From Candidatus Latescibacterota bacterium (lineage in GTDB: Bacteria; Latescibacterota; UBA2968; UBA8231): a DNA stretch of 64,000 nt. The notes under the pieces are model-generated. The model was not told where the DNA came from. It did not search any database and saw nothing but the letters and a program-made list of their open reading frames with translations. A program made the translations under genes and the position numbers. Position 1 is the first letter of the stretch. Each line of letters opens with the position of its first letter. Positions 47,527 through 57,177 of this stretch are shown here, in pieces. The DNA lies in contig OZ244561.1 in assembly GCA_965217585.1 (NCBI GenBank), forward strand, positions 6,304,001 to 6,368,000, given 5' to 3'.

Positions 47527-48183
47527 TTAGCGATGGCAGATAGAGCAGTTGGTGAGTTGGCTGGTCTGCACGCCGTATTCGGCGACGAGTTGCGCACCCA
47601 AGCTTTCTTGGTCGGCTGGATACTGGTAGCTCATGTTAAAGACATGGTCGCGCGGGCGGATGTGCTGGGCGGGATCGCGGTGGCAATCGAGGCACCACTC
47701 CATATTTAGCGATTCGGCTTTCCACATCAGGGGCATTTGATCGACTTGGCCGTGGCACGACTGGCAGCCAATGCCTTGGTTGACGTGGATGCTGTGGTTG
47801 AAATAGACGAAGTCGGGCAAGTCGTGGACGCGATTCCACTCGAGGGGCACATTGTCGCGGAAGCTGGCACGCACGGGTTCGAGGATGGGGGCTTCGGTCC
47901 AGATCTGCGAGTGGCAGGTCATGCAGGTTTCGGTCGGGGGAATGCCGGCAAAAGCACTCACCTCGACGGTGGTATGGCAATAGCGGCAGTCGATGCCCAT
48001 GCCAGTGACGTGGTGTTTGTGGCTAAAGGGAACGGGCTGCTCGATGGCCACGTTGACTTGGTTGACGAAGTAAATGCGATTGATGTTGAGTACGATACCG
48101 AGGATACTGGCGACTAGGACAAGGCCGACGAGGATGCTGGCCTTAGAAGCCCAGTTAGCACTGCGCGGGAATACTTGAGCCAT
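47527..48183 (-). CDS. actA: Alternative complex III pentaheme cytochrome ActA
   Basis: One TM plus five CxxCH motifs (CRYCH, CMTCH, CQSCH, CLDCH, CSICH). Confidence 0.92.
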   Translation of the reverse strand: MAQVFPRSANWASKASILVGLVLVASILGIVLNINRIYFVNQVNVAIEQPVPFSHKHHVTGMGIDCRYCHTTVEVSAFAGIPPTETCMTCHSQIWTEAPILEPVRASFRDNVPLEWNRVHDLPDFVYFNHSIHVNQGIGCQSCHGQVDQMPLMWKAESLNMEWCLDCHRDPAQHIRPRDHVFNMSYQYPADQESLGAQLVAEYGVQTSQLTNCSICHR

Positions 48184-48305
48184 ATTTTTCAGTTTAGCTG
48201 AGGTTGTAGAAAGTCGGCCTTAGCTCTTCCGGCCAAAACAATCTTGTAAATTAGGCCAGTTTAATTTGGTGTCAACAGATGCGATAAAAAACCTAGGCTA
48301 GGCAT

Positions 48306-48334
48306 TTGACTTTGGGTCTCTCGCAGTATAATAT
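48306..48334 (+). promoter_or_regulatory. Promoter for tRNA-Arg
   Basis: TTGACT followed by overlapping TATAAT/TAATAT at 15-17 nt spacing. Confidence 0.55.
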
Positions 48335-48354
48335 GAACAGCGTCCCTTCCTATA

Positions 48355-48428
48355 ACCCCCGTAGCTCAGCAGGATAGAGCAACAGATTCCTAATCTGTGG
48401 GTCGGCGGTTCGAATCCGCCCGGGGGTA
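48355..48428 (+). tRNA. tRNA-Arg(CCT), CCA not encoded
   Basis: ACCCCCGTAGCTCAGCAGGATAGAGCAACAGATTCCTAATCTGTGGGTCGGCGGTTCGAATCCGCCCGGGGGTA. Confidence 0.95.
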
Positions 48429-48535
48429 GTTCATTTCTTCGCTACCGGCTGCTCCCTAGGCAGTTACGGCCGTGTAGCACATTCCCACCTAGCAGCGAAT
48501 TATATACAACTCAGGTCAATAGGTTGCGCATTGAA

Positions 48536-50008
48536 ATGACAAGGAGCGAAGAGACGCTACAAATCGCCGGCCAAGTCGAAGCCATGCTCGCGGCCTTGGA
48601 CCGGCTCTCTTCCTTCAGCCGGTTGCTCGAACCCGCCGAGAAGGATCCGTTGCGCTCCCTGCTGCGCTGTGCGCAGGCGTGTGCTGACAGGCTGGTGGCC
48701 GGTAAAGAGGCGCAGCGCACGGCGGACGAATTGGCCGCGCAACACCAGCGTTGCTCTGATGCGCTCCTCGCGGCAGCCCTCAACGGAGATTGGGGCGGTG
48801 GCGCGCCGGATTTACAAGGACTATTGCTCAATCGGCTCCTCGATGGCCAACACCCATTTTTGCGTGCTTGTGAAGAGCGATCTCCAGCAGAGGTTCCCGC
48901 CGCGCTACGTCAGGTTGCGTGCCGCGATTTGCAAAGTGCCGCGGCCTTGGCCCGTCCCCGCTGGGGGGTATGGTTGCGACTGATCGGCGGCGACGCGGAA
49001 CCTTTGGCCCCCATGCCCGGGGATGGGGTGGAACCCGCAGTCGTGGGTCAACTGAAAGAGCGTTTTACCCACAGCGAGGATTGGGCTGAGTTGGCTGGGG
49101 CGCTCGGATGCTTGATCCACGAGCACGGGCGGGGTACGCTGCGCCGATTCCCGGCCTTTCGCTTGGTCGGCAGGGGGGCCAAGCCCATCTTGGAACCCAT
49201 CCGCCACTTCGCGGAATTTCCCCTCGGCTGGCTGGAGGGCAACGAAGCGAGAATCCAAGTGCTTGAAGAAAACACGCGCCATCTTCTCGCTGGTTATCGG
49301 GCACACAACGCGCTGATCTGGGGACCGCGGGGTGGCGGTAAATCGACGCTGATACGGGCCTTAGTGGGGCAATTCTTTGATCGCGGCCTGCGTGCCATCG
49401 AAATCTCCCCGTCTTGCTACCATCTGTTGCCCGATCTCTTTGCCCTCGTCCGGGGGCGTCGCCAGCGCTTTGTGGGCGTGCTGGACAATGTGTCACTGGG
49501 CCGGGGCGACGACAGCCTGCACCTGCTTTCGCGGGTGCTCGACGGGGGGCTGGAAGCGTGCCCGGACAACTTGGTCTTCTATGCGACCTCCAACTACAAA
49601 GACCTAGTCGACCGGGAGGGTGAGCGCCCGCAAGGGCTGGGCCAAATGCAGCTAGACGACGAGCGCCCCAACCGAGTCAATCAAGGCATTCAGGCCGAAT
49701 TCTACGACCCCCAACAACTGCAACGCCTCGATCAGGAGCGGGCGCTCGACGACCGTTTTGCCCTCAAGGTCTTCCTCGATCTGCCTAGTAGGCAGCAATA
49801 TCGCGTTATGGTATTGTCCTATGCGCGCCGAGCGGGAATTGACCTGCCGGAAGAAGACTTATTGGCCGCTTTCGAGGTTTGGCGGATGCGACACAACCAC
49901 GATTTGATCGGTGGCCGGACGGCTCGGGACTTCATCGATGCGTACCTACCTCAGTATGTGCGCGGCAAGGAGAAGTTAAATCAACCTTCGAGTAGTTCGA
50001 TTTCGTAA
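48536..50008 (+). CDS. DUF815 family AAA+ ATPase
   Basis: NALIWGPRGGGKSTL, LDGGLEACPDNLVFYATSN, GRTARDF. Confidence 0.85.
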   Translation: MTRSEETLQIAGQVEAMLAALDRLSSFSRLLEPAEKDPLRSLLRCAQACADRLVAGKEAQRTADELAAQHQRCSDALLAAALNGDWGGGAPDLQGLLLNRLLDGQHPFLRACEERSPAEVPAALRQVACRDLQSAAALARPRWGVWLRLIGGDAEPLAPMPGDGVEPAVVGQLKERFTHSEDWAELAGALGCLIHEHGRGTLRRFPAFRLVGRGAKPILEPIRHFAEFPLGWLEGNEARIQVLEENTRHLLAGYRAHNALIWGPRGGGKSTLIRALVGQFFDRGLRAIEISPSCYHLLPDLFALVRGRRQRFVGVLDNVSLGRGDDSLHLLSRVLDGGLEACPDNLVFYATSNYKDLVDREGERPQGLGQMQLDDERPNRVNQGIQAEFYDPQQLQRLDQERALDDRFALKVFLDLPSRQQYRVMVLSYARRAGIDLPEEDLLAAFEVWRMRHNHDLIGGRTARDFIDAYLPQYVRGKEKLNQPSSSSIS

Positions 50009-50358
50009 CCGTCGGGATCGTCGATAAAGGCCATCTTGCGGCCGGTGGGGAAGGTCGTGCGCCAATCGCTAGGCCATATTTCGATCCCGTTGTTTTCCAA
50101 GGCGTCGCAAAAGCCGATCAAGTCGGGAACCGCGATCGCGAGGTGCATGAGATCTTCGGGGACGGCGAGCTGGTAATCGGCGGAATAGGTCAGCTCTAGG
50201 GTGTGTTCATTGCCGGGCAGTTCAAGATGGACGATTTGGTTGCCGGCGGGCGAGTTATCGGAGCGGCTCCGGACCTCAAAGCCGAGGTGGGTGCAATACC
50301 ACTCAATAGAGCGATCGAGATCACCGACGCGGATGCGGGTGTGCAAGAAGCGAGCCAT
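49981..50358 (-). CDS. VOC family protein (lactoylglutathione lyase-like)
   Basis: FLHTRIRVGDLDRSI, LELT, HLAI, DPDGYEIELL. Confidence 0.88.
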   Translation of the reverse strand: MARFLHTRIRVGDLDRSIEWYCTHLGFEVRSRSDNSPAGNQIVHLELPGNEHTLELTYSADYQLAVPEDLMHLAIAVPDLIGFCDALENNGIEIWPSDWRTTFPTGRKMAFIDDPDGYEIELLEG

Positions 50359-50478
50359 AGGGACATCCTTTCGCGGGTTGTTATAATTAAGGTAGGGGCT
50401 GCTGCGTGAACAGGCAGTCCCTTGCGCGGGTTGGAACGAGGCGTGTAGATTAAATCAGTCAGGGGTAGAAGCGAAAAG

Positions 50479-50565
50479 TGGTGCCGAAGAGAGGACTCGA
50501 ACCTCCACGGGGTTGCCCCCACATGGTCCTGAACCATGCGCGTCTACCAATTTCGCCACTTCGGC
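50479..50565 (-). tRNA. tRNA-Leu(CAG)
   Basis: Reverse complement GCCGAAGTGGCGAAATTGGTAGACGCGCATGGTTCAGGACCATGT...GGTTCGAGTCCTCTCTTCGGCACCA. Confidence 0.97.
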
Positions 50566-50637
50566 AAGTGAACGGCACAAATTAAGCGCAGGGCTTGCAG
50601 CCGTCAAGCCCGTTCCCTTCGTGAAAATAGGCGGGTT

Positions 50638-51117
50638 ATGGCCAAAACGGAAAATGGTGCCAAGCGCGAGTTAATCGCCGTGCAAAACCGCAAAGCCCGG
50701 CACGACTACGAGGTGATGGGCTGCTATGAGACCGGCATTGTCTTGCGCGGCACGGAAGTCAAGTCGCTGCGCAACGGGCGTGCCAACCTCAAGGACAGCT
50801 TCGCCTTAGTTGAACGAGGCGAAATTTTCCTGCACAATGTCCACATTGCCCAGTACGAGCGAGGGAACAATTTCAACCACGATCCAGAGCGCGTGCGCAA
50901 ATTGCTCTTGCACCGCAGTGAAATCCGGAGACTGACGGGGAGGACGCAACAACAGGGCCTTACCCTGGTGCCGCTAAAGATCTACTTCAAGCGCGGCAGA
51001 GCCAAGGTGGAATTGGCACTGGTCCGCGGCAAGAAGCAGTTCGACAAGCGCCAGGCTTTGGCCCAACGCCAGGCCGACCGAGACGTCGACCGGGCCCTCA
51101 AGGAGCGGCATCGGTGA
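50638..51117 (+). CDS. smpB: SsrA-binding protein SmpB
   Basis: [39 protein letters not shown]. Confidence 0.97.
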   Translation: MAKTENGAKRELIAVQNRKARHDYEVMGCYETGIVLRGTEVKSLRNGRANLKDSFALVERGEIFLHNVHIAQYERGNNFNHDPERVRKLLLHRSEIRRLTGRTQQQGLTLVPLKIYFKRGRAKVELALVRGKKQFDKRQALAQRQADRDVDRALKERHR

Positions 51118-51941
51118 GCTTACCCGCGTCCAACCGGGAAGCGACGCGCTGTTCTAGGTGCGGCGGTGGAGGCCTGTACTACGACCCGATAGTCGAGGTG
51201 GGCCGCTATGGTACGCTTCGGCTTTGCGAGTGCGTCGAGTGCCGCTGTGGGGGGAGGGCACCCTACCAGTACTGGGATGACGATTCGCGCAACCAGTGGT
51301 GTCTCTGCCGTCCCTATCGCCGCAAAATGACGGAAACCAACCACCTGTTTCGCCAAGCCGATATCCCCGAGCGCTACAAGTGGAAGTTCGTCGACGACTT
51401 CCGAATGGCGGCACCAGACGGGACGCGCATCGACCTAGCGGCCACGGTCTATCTCCGCATTCACCAAGACCTGATCGAAGCAGAGGAAGAGCCTAAGCGC
51501 GGCTATCTTCTCCACGGAAATCCCGGCACGGGCAAGACCTTGATGGGATGCATTGCGCTCAACGAACTCATGTTGCGCTGGACCAAACCGGGCCGCTTTC
51601 TCAGTCTGTCGCGCACGTACTTTCAGAAGTTGCGCGATACCTATTCAGCCGACAGCGAGCGCTATGGCCACACTTGGCAAATTCTCGAAGAGTTGTGCAA
51701 TATGCCCTATCTCGTCCTAGACGATTTCGGCACCCAGCGGGGGACCGAGTGGGAAGAAGGAATGCTATACGATCTCGTAGATGCCCGCTACGGCGACCAG
51801 CGGTTCACGGTCGTGACCACCAACCAGCCCCTCGACGAACTCAAGGATCTCGCCAAGGGTCGCATCTACTCGCGCCTAGTAGAGATGTGCCAACCCATCT
51901 CCATGGATGGCCCTGATTATCGGATGCACCTCAATGAGTGA
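51114..51941 (+). CDS. DnaC/DnaI/IstB-like AAA+ ATPase with Cys-rich N-terminus
   Basis: [15 protein letters not shown]; IPERY; GNPGTGKT; LVLDDFG; TTN; RIYSRL. Confidence 0.85.
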   Translation: MSLPASNREATRCSRCGGGGLYYDPIVEVGRYGTLRLCECVECRCGGRAPYQYWDDDSRNQWCLCRPYRRKMTETNHLFRQADIPERYKWKFVDDFRMAAPDGTRIDLAATVYLRIHQDLIEAEEEPKRGYLLHGNPGTGKTLMGCIALNELMLRWTKPGRFLSLSRTYFQKLRDTYSADSERYGHTWQILEELCNMPYLVLDDFGTQRGTEWEEGMLYDLVDARYGDQRFTVVTTNQPLDELKDLAKGRIYSRLVEMCQPISMDGPDYRMHLNE

Positions 51942-52647
51942 GACAAGCTGGAAGCGCAGTGATGGACGCCGGCCCGCTCAATTGCGGCCGGTGCAGATTT
52001 CCCCAAGGTACCTGAAAACGGCTGCTGGATCGGCTCTGATCGAAATGGGCGATACAAAAGTGCTCTGCACGGTATCGCCCGTCGATGGAGTGCCGCCCTT
52101 TCTGGTGGGTACCGGCAAGGGGTGGTTGACTGCGGAGTACAGCATGCTGCCTGGCTCCTCTGCGCACCGAATAGCCCGCGAACCCAATAGCCGGGCGCGG
52201 GAAATTCAGCGCCTGATCGGCCGCTCGCTGCGAGCTGTAGTGAATTTGGAGCAAATAGGCGAGCGGACGCTGTATGTCGACTGCGATGTCATACAGGCGG
52301 ATGGCGGAACGCGTACAGCCTCAATAACAGGAGCTTATGTGGCCTTGGTAGAGGCGTTGCAGACATTGCAAGGCGATGTGCTCGTGGATCAGGTCGCCGC
52401 CGTTAGCGTTGGCGTAGTGGGGGATCAGCTCCTATTGGACCTGTGCTATAAAGAAGATAGTCGCGCCGAAACCGATATGAATGTCGTTATGACCGGCTCG
52501 GGAGGGATCGTCGAAGTCCAAGGCACGGCTGAGGGTTGTCCCTTTACCCGCGCTCAAGCCGTCGAGTTGCTCGACTTGGCGGCTGTGGGCATAGAGCGCC
52601 TACTGGCCGTGCAACAGTCTGTTTTAAGCGCACTTACAGAGGCGTAG
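51934..52647 (+). CDS. rph: Ribonuclease PH
   Basis: [54 protein letters not shown]. Confidence 0.96.
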   Translation: MSETSWKRSDGRRPAQLRPVQISPRYLKTAAGSALIEMGDTKVLCTVSPVDGVPPFLVGTGKGWLTAEYSMLPGSSAHRIAREPNSRAREIQRLIGRSLRAVVNLEQIGERTLYVDCDVIQADGGTRTASITGAYVALVEALQTLQGDVLVDQVAAVSVGVVGDQLLLDLCYKEDSRAETDMNVVMTGSGGIVEVQGTAEGCPFTRAQAVELLDLAAVGIERLLAVQQSVLSALTEA

Positions 52648-52664
52648 AGGCTTGGAGAAATTGC

Positions 52665-52693
52665 TTGACAGGTTTTGTGACCCCGGCTAAGTT
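52665..52693 (+). promoter_or_regulatory. Putative promoter of the second sigma factor
   Basis: TTGACA-N17-TAAGTT. Confidence 0.5.
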
Positions 52694-52766
52694 AATAACA
52701 CATCTTTAGTTTAAAGCACGTGTAGCTTTCCTTTTCCTCCCCACTCTAAACGAAGAGGATGGTTCC

Positions 52767-53627
52767 ATGGCGGGAATGGCTAAAGCACCATTTTGGGATA
52801 TGGAAGATTGTCTCGGGAGCTATCTGGCCGAAATCGCTCATTCCAAGCCTCTCTCCCCGGCCGACGAGGTCAATCTGGCGCGAAAGATCAAACAAGGGGA
52901 TGAGCACGCCCGCAATAGATTAGTCGAAGCGAATCTGCGCTTTGTGGTCAGCGTGGCAAAGGAATACCAAAATCGCGGCGTCCCCCTCGCCGATTTGGTC
53001 AGTGCTGGCAACATGGGCTTGATCACAGCCGCCGAGCGATTTGACGAAGACAAGGGCTTCAAATTCATCTCCTATGCGGTTTGGTGGATCCGCCAGGCCA
53101 TCCTACAGACCTTGGCCGAGCAGTCGCGCACGGTCCGCCTGCCGCTGAACAAGATCGGCTTGCTCTACAAGATATCCAAGGCGTCCCGCATCTTGCAGCA
53201 AGAGCGCACCGACGATCCCCACCCGGAAGCCATCGCCGAGCAGCTCGATGTCCCGGTTGAAGAGGTCAAGGAGACCTTGATGTGCGGCCGCTCGATGCGG
53301 TCGCTCGACGCGGCCTTCCTCGGCGAAGAAGACCACAGTTTGCTCGACGTGCTGCCAGACGAGCGCCAAGAGTCCCCTGAAAACCAAGTGATGCGCGGCT
53401 GTCTGCGCGGGCAGATCGACTCGGCTCTGAGTCGGCTCATCGGGCGCGAGGCCGAAATTCTCCGCCTCTACTTTGGGTTGAACGGGGAAGAGCCTATGAC
53501 CTTGGACCAGATCGGCATGCGCTTTGGGCTTACGCGCGAGCGAGTCCGACAAATCAAGGAGAAAGCGCTGCACCGGTTGCGGCACCCCAGCCGCTGCGAT
53601 CATCTGCGCTCCTACAGCCGCGCTTGA
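52767..53627 (+). CDS. RNA polymerase sigma-70 factor, RpoD/SigA-like paralog lacking region 1.1
   Basis: ANLRFVVSVAKEYQNRG, FKFISYAVWWIRQ, MTLDQIG..FGLTRERVRQ. Confidence 0.93.
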   Translation: MAGMAKAPFWDMEDCLGSYLAEIAHSKPLSPADEVNLARKIKQGDEHARNRLVEANLRFVVSVAKEYQNRGVPLADLVSAGNMGLITAAERFDEDKGFKFISYAVWWIRQAILQTLAEQSRTVRLPLNKIGLLYKISKASRILQQERTDDPHPEAIAEQLDVPVEEVKETLMCGRSMRSLDAAFLGEEDHSLLDVLPDERQESPENQVMRGCLRGQIDSALSRLIGREAEILRLYFGLNGEEPMTLDQIGMRFGLTRERVRQIKEKALHRLRHPSRCDHLRSYSRA

Positions 53628-53678
53628 AGCTGACCCCCAACAGGCTCCCCTGCTCCCCAAAAGTCGCAGGAGTATGCC

Positions 53679-53834
53679 ATGTTAGAAGATGCAGTTGAGG
53701 AGGATCTGCTGAATTCCATAGACGAAGTCGACGATCAGATCAAAAATTTTCGCCAGCGGGTGCGGGCCGTTTTGGACGCTGCCCAGGCCGAGGGAACGCG
53801 GCGCAACGAAAAGGAAGAGCGCGCGAGGAGATAA
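53679..53834 (+). CDS. Small 51-aa helical protein (not in the ORF track)
   Basis: CAGGAG RBS, ATG 53679, MLEDAVEEDLLNSIDEVDDQIKNFRQRVRAVLDAAQAEGTRRNEKEERARR then stop, followed by a terminator. Confidence 0.65.
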   Translation: MLEDAVEEDLLNSIDEVDDQIKNFRQRVRAVLDAAQAEGTRRNEKEERARR

Positions 53835-53852
53835 GCGGCGCGTGGATTTACC

Positions 53853-53884
53853 AAAGAGGGGATGGCTTGGCTGTCCCCTCTTTT
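53853..53884 (+). terminator. Intrinsic terminator
   Basis: AAAGAGGGGA...TCCCCTCTTTT. Confidence 0.75.
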
Positions 53885-53916
53885 AATTTGTTTGCAACCA
53901 GATGGAGAGGACCGAA

Positions 53917-54753
53917 ATGGACAAATGGGCAACAGGCATATTTACCTCTATTGACGAGGGCTTGGGGGCCGGATTGGATTCGGTGAAGGAGCTAGGGGTC
54001 TCCACCGTGCATTTGCACGCGCCGGGCCGCGATTTTCGCACCGCAGAGAAAACCGCGGAAATTAAGGACCAGTTCGCCGCGGCTGGGATCGAAATCAGCG
54101 TGGTTTTCGCCGGTTTTCCCGACGACGATTACACCACGCCGGAAATCGCCCAGCAAACGGTCGGGCTCGTGCCTTTAGATCGCCGGGAGTACCGGCTCGA
54201 AGAGACCTTGGCCATCGCGGACTTTGCCGCGGCGCTAGGAGTAGATGCTGTCGGCATGCACTTGGGCTTCGTGCCGGAGGGGCCATTGGATCCGGATTTT
54301 GCCGCGGTCGTCGAGGTTGCGCGCACGGTGTGCGATCACTGTCGGGGACACGGCCAGTATTTTCACCTAGAAACCGGTCAGGAGACCCCTGACGAACTTC
54401 TCTCCTTTATCGAGGCCGTCGACCGCGAGAACCTCGCGGTCAATTTCGATCCTGCCAATATGATCCTCTACCAAGCCGGACCGCCCCTAGAAGCATTGGA
54501 TCAGGTGGGGCGCTTTGTCCGTAGCGTACACTGCAAAGATGCCGCGATCGAGCGCCGTCCGGGCCAGCCGTGGTACGAGGATGCACCGCTTGGCCAAGGT
54601 GACGTTGGCATCAGGGCATTCCTCTTGAAATTGCGCGATCTGGGATACGAGGGGCCGCTGACCATTGAGCGCGAATACGCCCCAGACCAAGTCGGGGATA
54701 TCCGCGCGGCTCTGCAGCTACTCACCGACCTACGCCGAGAGATTTTGGGTTGA
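53917..54753 (+). CDS. Sugar phosphate isomerase/epimerase
   Basis: HLETGQE, NFDPANMILY, VHCKD, LGQGDV, LTIERE. Confidence 0.88.
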   Translation: MDKWATGIFTSIDEGLGAGLDSVKELGVSTVHLHAPGRDFRTAEKTAEIKDQFAAAGIEISVVFAGFPDDDYTTPEIAQQTVGLVPLDRREYRLEETLAIADFAAALGVDAVGMHLGFVPEGPLDPDFAAVVEVARTVCDHCRGHGQYFHLETGQETPDELLSFIEAVDRENLAVNFDPANMILYQAGPPLEALDQVGRFVRSVHCKDAAIERRPGQPWYEDAPLGQGDVGIRAFLLKLRDLGYEGPLTIEREYAPDQVGDIRAALQLLTDLRREILG

Positions 54754-55526
54754 GTGCGTCGCTGCAGAGCTGTTTGGATTTTGCGGTAGATGCTGCTTGG
54801 CAAGCGGGCAAAGTCACCTTGCGCTACTTCCAGTCAGGCATCCAACCCGAGTGGAAGGAAGACCTATCGCCGGTGACCATCGCCGACCGCGAAGCCGAGG
54901 CCAAGATACGGGACTTGTTGGCCAAAGCCTATCCCAACGACGGGATTGTCGGTGAGGAATTTGGCCAGGTTGAGGGAAGCTCCGGCGCACGCTGGATTAT
55001 CGATCCCATAGACGGGACGAAATCCTTTGTCCAAGGGGTGCCGCTCTACGGAGTGCTCATCGCGCGGGAAGGGCCGGATGGGGTTGACGTAGGCTGTTGC
55101 TATGCGCCGGCCCTTGACGAGATGGTGTGGGCCGCTAGGGGCGAAGGGTGTTGGTGGAATGGCAGGCGGGCTGCGGTGTCCGCTGTGGCCGAGTTAGGCC
55201 AAGCCTGTATCTGCTATACGTCGTGGCCGAGCTTTGTCGAACAGGGCCGCGAGCAGGGGTGGCGGCAGCTAGTCGCCAGCACCCGCCAGCACCGGGGATG
55301 GGGCGATTTCTACGGCCATATACTCGTGGCCACCGGCCGGGCTGAGGCCAGCTTTGACCCCATTATGAACCCGTGGGATTGCGGACCATTGCTGCCAATT
55401 CTACAGGAAGCCGGAGGCACCTTTACCGATTGGCAGGGAGTGCCGACGATATACGGCAAAGACGCCTTCTCTTCCAATGGGCATCTCTTCGAGTCCATCA
55501 TGGGGCATCTGGGTCGGCCCCAGTGA
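54750..55526 (+). CDS. hisN: Histidinol-phosphatase, inositol monophosphatase family
   Basis: SPVTIADREAE, GEEFG, WIIDPIDGTKSF, GWGDFYG, WDCG. Confidence 0.8.
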   Translation: MSASLQSCLDFAVDAAWQAGKVTLRYFQSGIQPEWKEDLSPVTIADREAEAKIRDLLAKAYPNDGIVGEEFGQVEGSSGARWIIDPIDGTKSFVQGVPLYGVLIAREGPDGVDVGCCYAPALDEMVWAARGEGCWWNGRRAAVSAVAELGQACICYTSWPSFVEQGREQGWRQLVASTRQHRGWGDFYGHILVATGRAEASFDPIMNPWDCGPLLPILQEAGGTFTDWQGVPTIYGKDAFSSNGHLFESIMGHLGRPQ

Positions 55527-56386
55527 TAGACGCACTCAGGAGTCGGGTTGTCTTCTATCTAGGGGTCGGCCGCGATGCCGTGGTGGCAACGTACCGCCAC
55601 GATTGCACGACCGCGGCTCCAGCTATGGCCTTTGACTTTATATTTGCCATTTTCCCGGGCATTCTCGTTCTGACAGCCCTATTGGGCTTCTTGGGCATAT
55701 CGTCTGAGGATTTCATCCAAGTCCTCAAAATTTTGGGCATTGTCATCCCCGTCCCGCTGCTGGAGGCCGTCGAAGACAATATCAACTTTCTCTCCTCGCA
55801 AAGTTTGTTCGTCATCGGTTTCTTGGGTGTCATCTGGCCGGCGTCGGCCAGCATGTCCACTACGATGGTCGCTCTCAACCGAGCCTACGGCGTGCAAGAG
55901 CATCGGTCTTTCTACAAGCGGCGCGTTCTCTCGCTTGCCCTAATCGTGGTCTTGGGGATTTCTTTCGTCTTTTTCTTCAACCTCATCGTATTCGGCGAAC
56001 ACGTCGAGAGTTGGCTGCGGGAGTATTGGACTTTCTCGAATCATTTCTCTCCTTTAGTGGCCTTGTTGAGGCGCGCGGTGGTCGTGGTCGGCATGGTCAC
56101 CACAGCCGCCTGTATTTACTACATCATGCCCGCTGTGCGTCTGCGCTGGTTGGACGTGTTGCCTGGTAGTATAGTGTCTTCTGCGCTGTCTGGGGCCATT
56201 GCCTCTGGCTTGGATTACATCGAGCGGTTCAGCTATTACAATATCATCTATGGCGTGCTCGGGGCCGCCATCATCCTCTTATTATCCGCGTATTTGCTGG
56301 CTTTTACTTTGCTATTGGGCGGCGAACTGAACGCGGTGCTCTACCGCCGCCGCCATCCATTTGACGCGCGCCCGACAGATTATTAG
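55523..56386 (+). CDS. YihY/virulence factor BrkB family membrane protein
   Basis: AMAFDFIFAIFP, ALNRAYGV, YNIIYGVLGAAIILL, LLGGELNA. Confidence 0.87.
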   Translation: MIDALRSRVVFYLGVGRDAVVATYRHDCTTAAPAMAFDFIFAIFPGILVLTALLGFLGISSEDFIQVLKILGIVIPVPLLEAVEDNINFLSSQSLFVIGFLGVIWPASASMSTTMVALNRAYGVQEHRSFYKRRVLSLALIVVLGISFVFFFNLIVFGEHVESWLREYWTFSNHFSPLVALLRRAVVVVGMVTTAACIYYIMPAVRLRWLDVLPGSIVSSALSGAIASGLDYIERFSYYNIIYGVLGAAIILLLSAYLLAFTLLLGGELNAVLYRRRHPFDARPTDY

Positions 56387-56430
56387 GTTGGGACTTGTAG
56401 TGGTAATATCTTTGAAAAATGGAGGAGCCA

Positions 56431-56886
56431 ATGCACAAAATTTTAATCCTATTCGCACTCGTCAGCGGGCTTTTGGCCTGCGGGGGCGGCAAAAAAGATG
56501 AGCTAACCCCTTATATCCAGACCTTGCAGGGCTTGGATCACCATAGCCAACAGCTAATGCGCTATCAGGTGTACCTAACGACCGAGGGCATGACCAATCA
56601 GGCTCACGACGTCGAGCAGGTCATGCAGACCTTGCTCGACGAGTTGGAGAAGGTAGAGCCCGAAGACAAGCGCCTCCGGGCCTTGCACAACGCCATGAAG
56701 CGGTCCTTGAAGGCGGCGATGCGCAAGCTGGTCGAGCCGGACTTCCCGACGTTTGTGCCCAACGCCCAAAAGAGCATTTCGTTCGTCGAAGAAAAATTCA
56801 CCAATATATATGGCAACCTAGAGCTGATGTGGGAGAGGGCCGGCAAGACCGAACCCTTCCCGCTCAAGTGGCAAGCCGCAAAATAG
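56431..56886 (+). CDS. Hypothetical lipoprotein
   Basis: Lipobox LLAC; GGAGGAG RBS. Confidence 0.75.
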   Translation: MHKILILFALVSGLLACGGGKKDELTPYIQTLQGLDHHSQQLMRYQVYLTTEGMTNQAHDVEQVMQTLLDELEKVEPEDKRLRALHNAMKRSLKAAMRKLVEPDFPTFVPNAQKSISFVEEKFTNIYGNLELMWERAGKTEPFPLKWQAAK

Positions 56887-56913
56887 TTGCGTCGCCGCCC
56901 GCTGCACTGCGTA

Positions 56914-56943
56914 GAGCTCCCCCGGTAACAGGGGGAGCTTTTT
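56914..56943 (+). terminator. Intrinsic terminator
   Basis: AGCTCCCCC-loop-GGGGGAGCTTTTT. Confidence 0.8.
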
Positions 56944-56982
56944 GCGTTAAATTCCCGCGCAGAAAGAAGGGATGAACAAACC

Positions 56983-57177
56983 ATGTTGTTCTTGTTGTTC
57001 AAATTGCTGTTGGCGACGGCAATCGTGTTGCTGTGTTACGCCGTGTACCGGCAGCTAAGGGGCCGTCCCCGCAGCGGTGCGTCCAACCAGCGCGGCAGCA
57101 TCGATCCGAGCCAAGTCGCCGAGGCCGAATACTGCATATTGGACGAAGAAGAGGCCGAAAGCAAAGATCGTGGCTAA
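56983..57177 (+). CDS. Small single-TM protein
   Basis: N-terminal hydrophobic helix, basic then acidic tail (AEAEY); overlaps the holA start. Confidence 0.6.
   Translation: MLFLLFKLLLATAIVLLCYAVYRQLRGRPRSGASNQRGSIDPSQVAEAEYCILDEEEAESKDRG

Noticed and set aside
50360-50637. Possible tmRNA gene next to smpB
   Set aside because: Only tRNA-Leu is present; there are no tmRNA-like ends and too little space.
51114-51941. IS21 element suggested by the IstB-like ATPase
   Set aside because: No IstA transposase or terminal inverted repeats, and the gene overlaps housekeeping genes on both sides.
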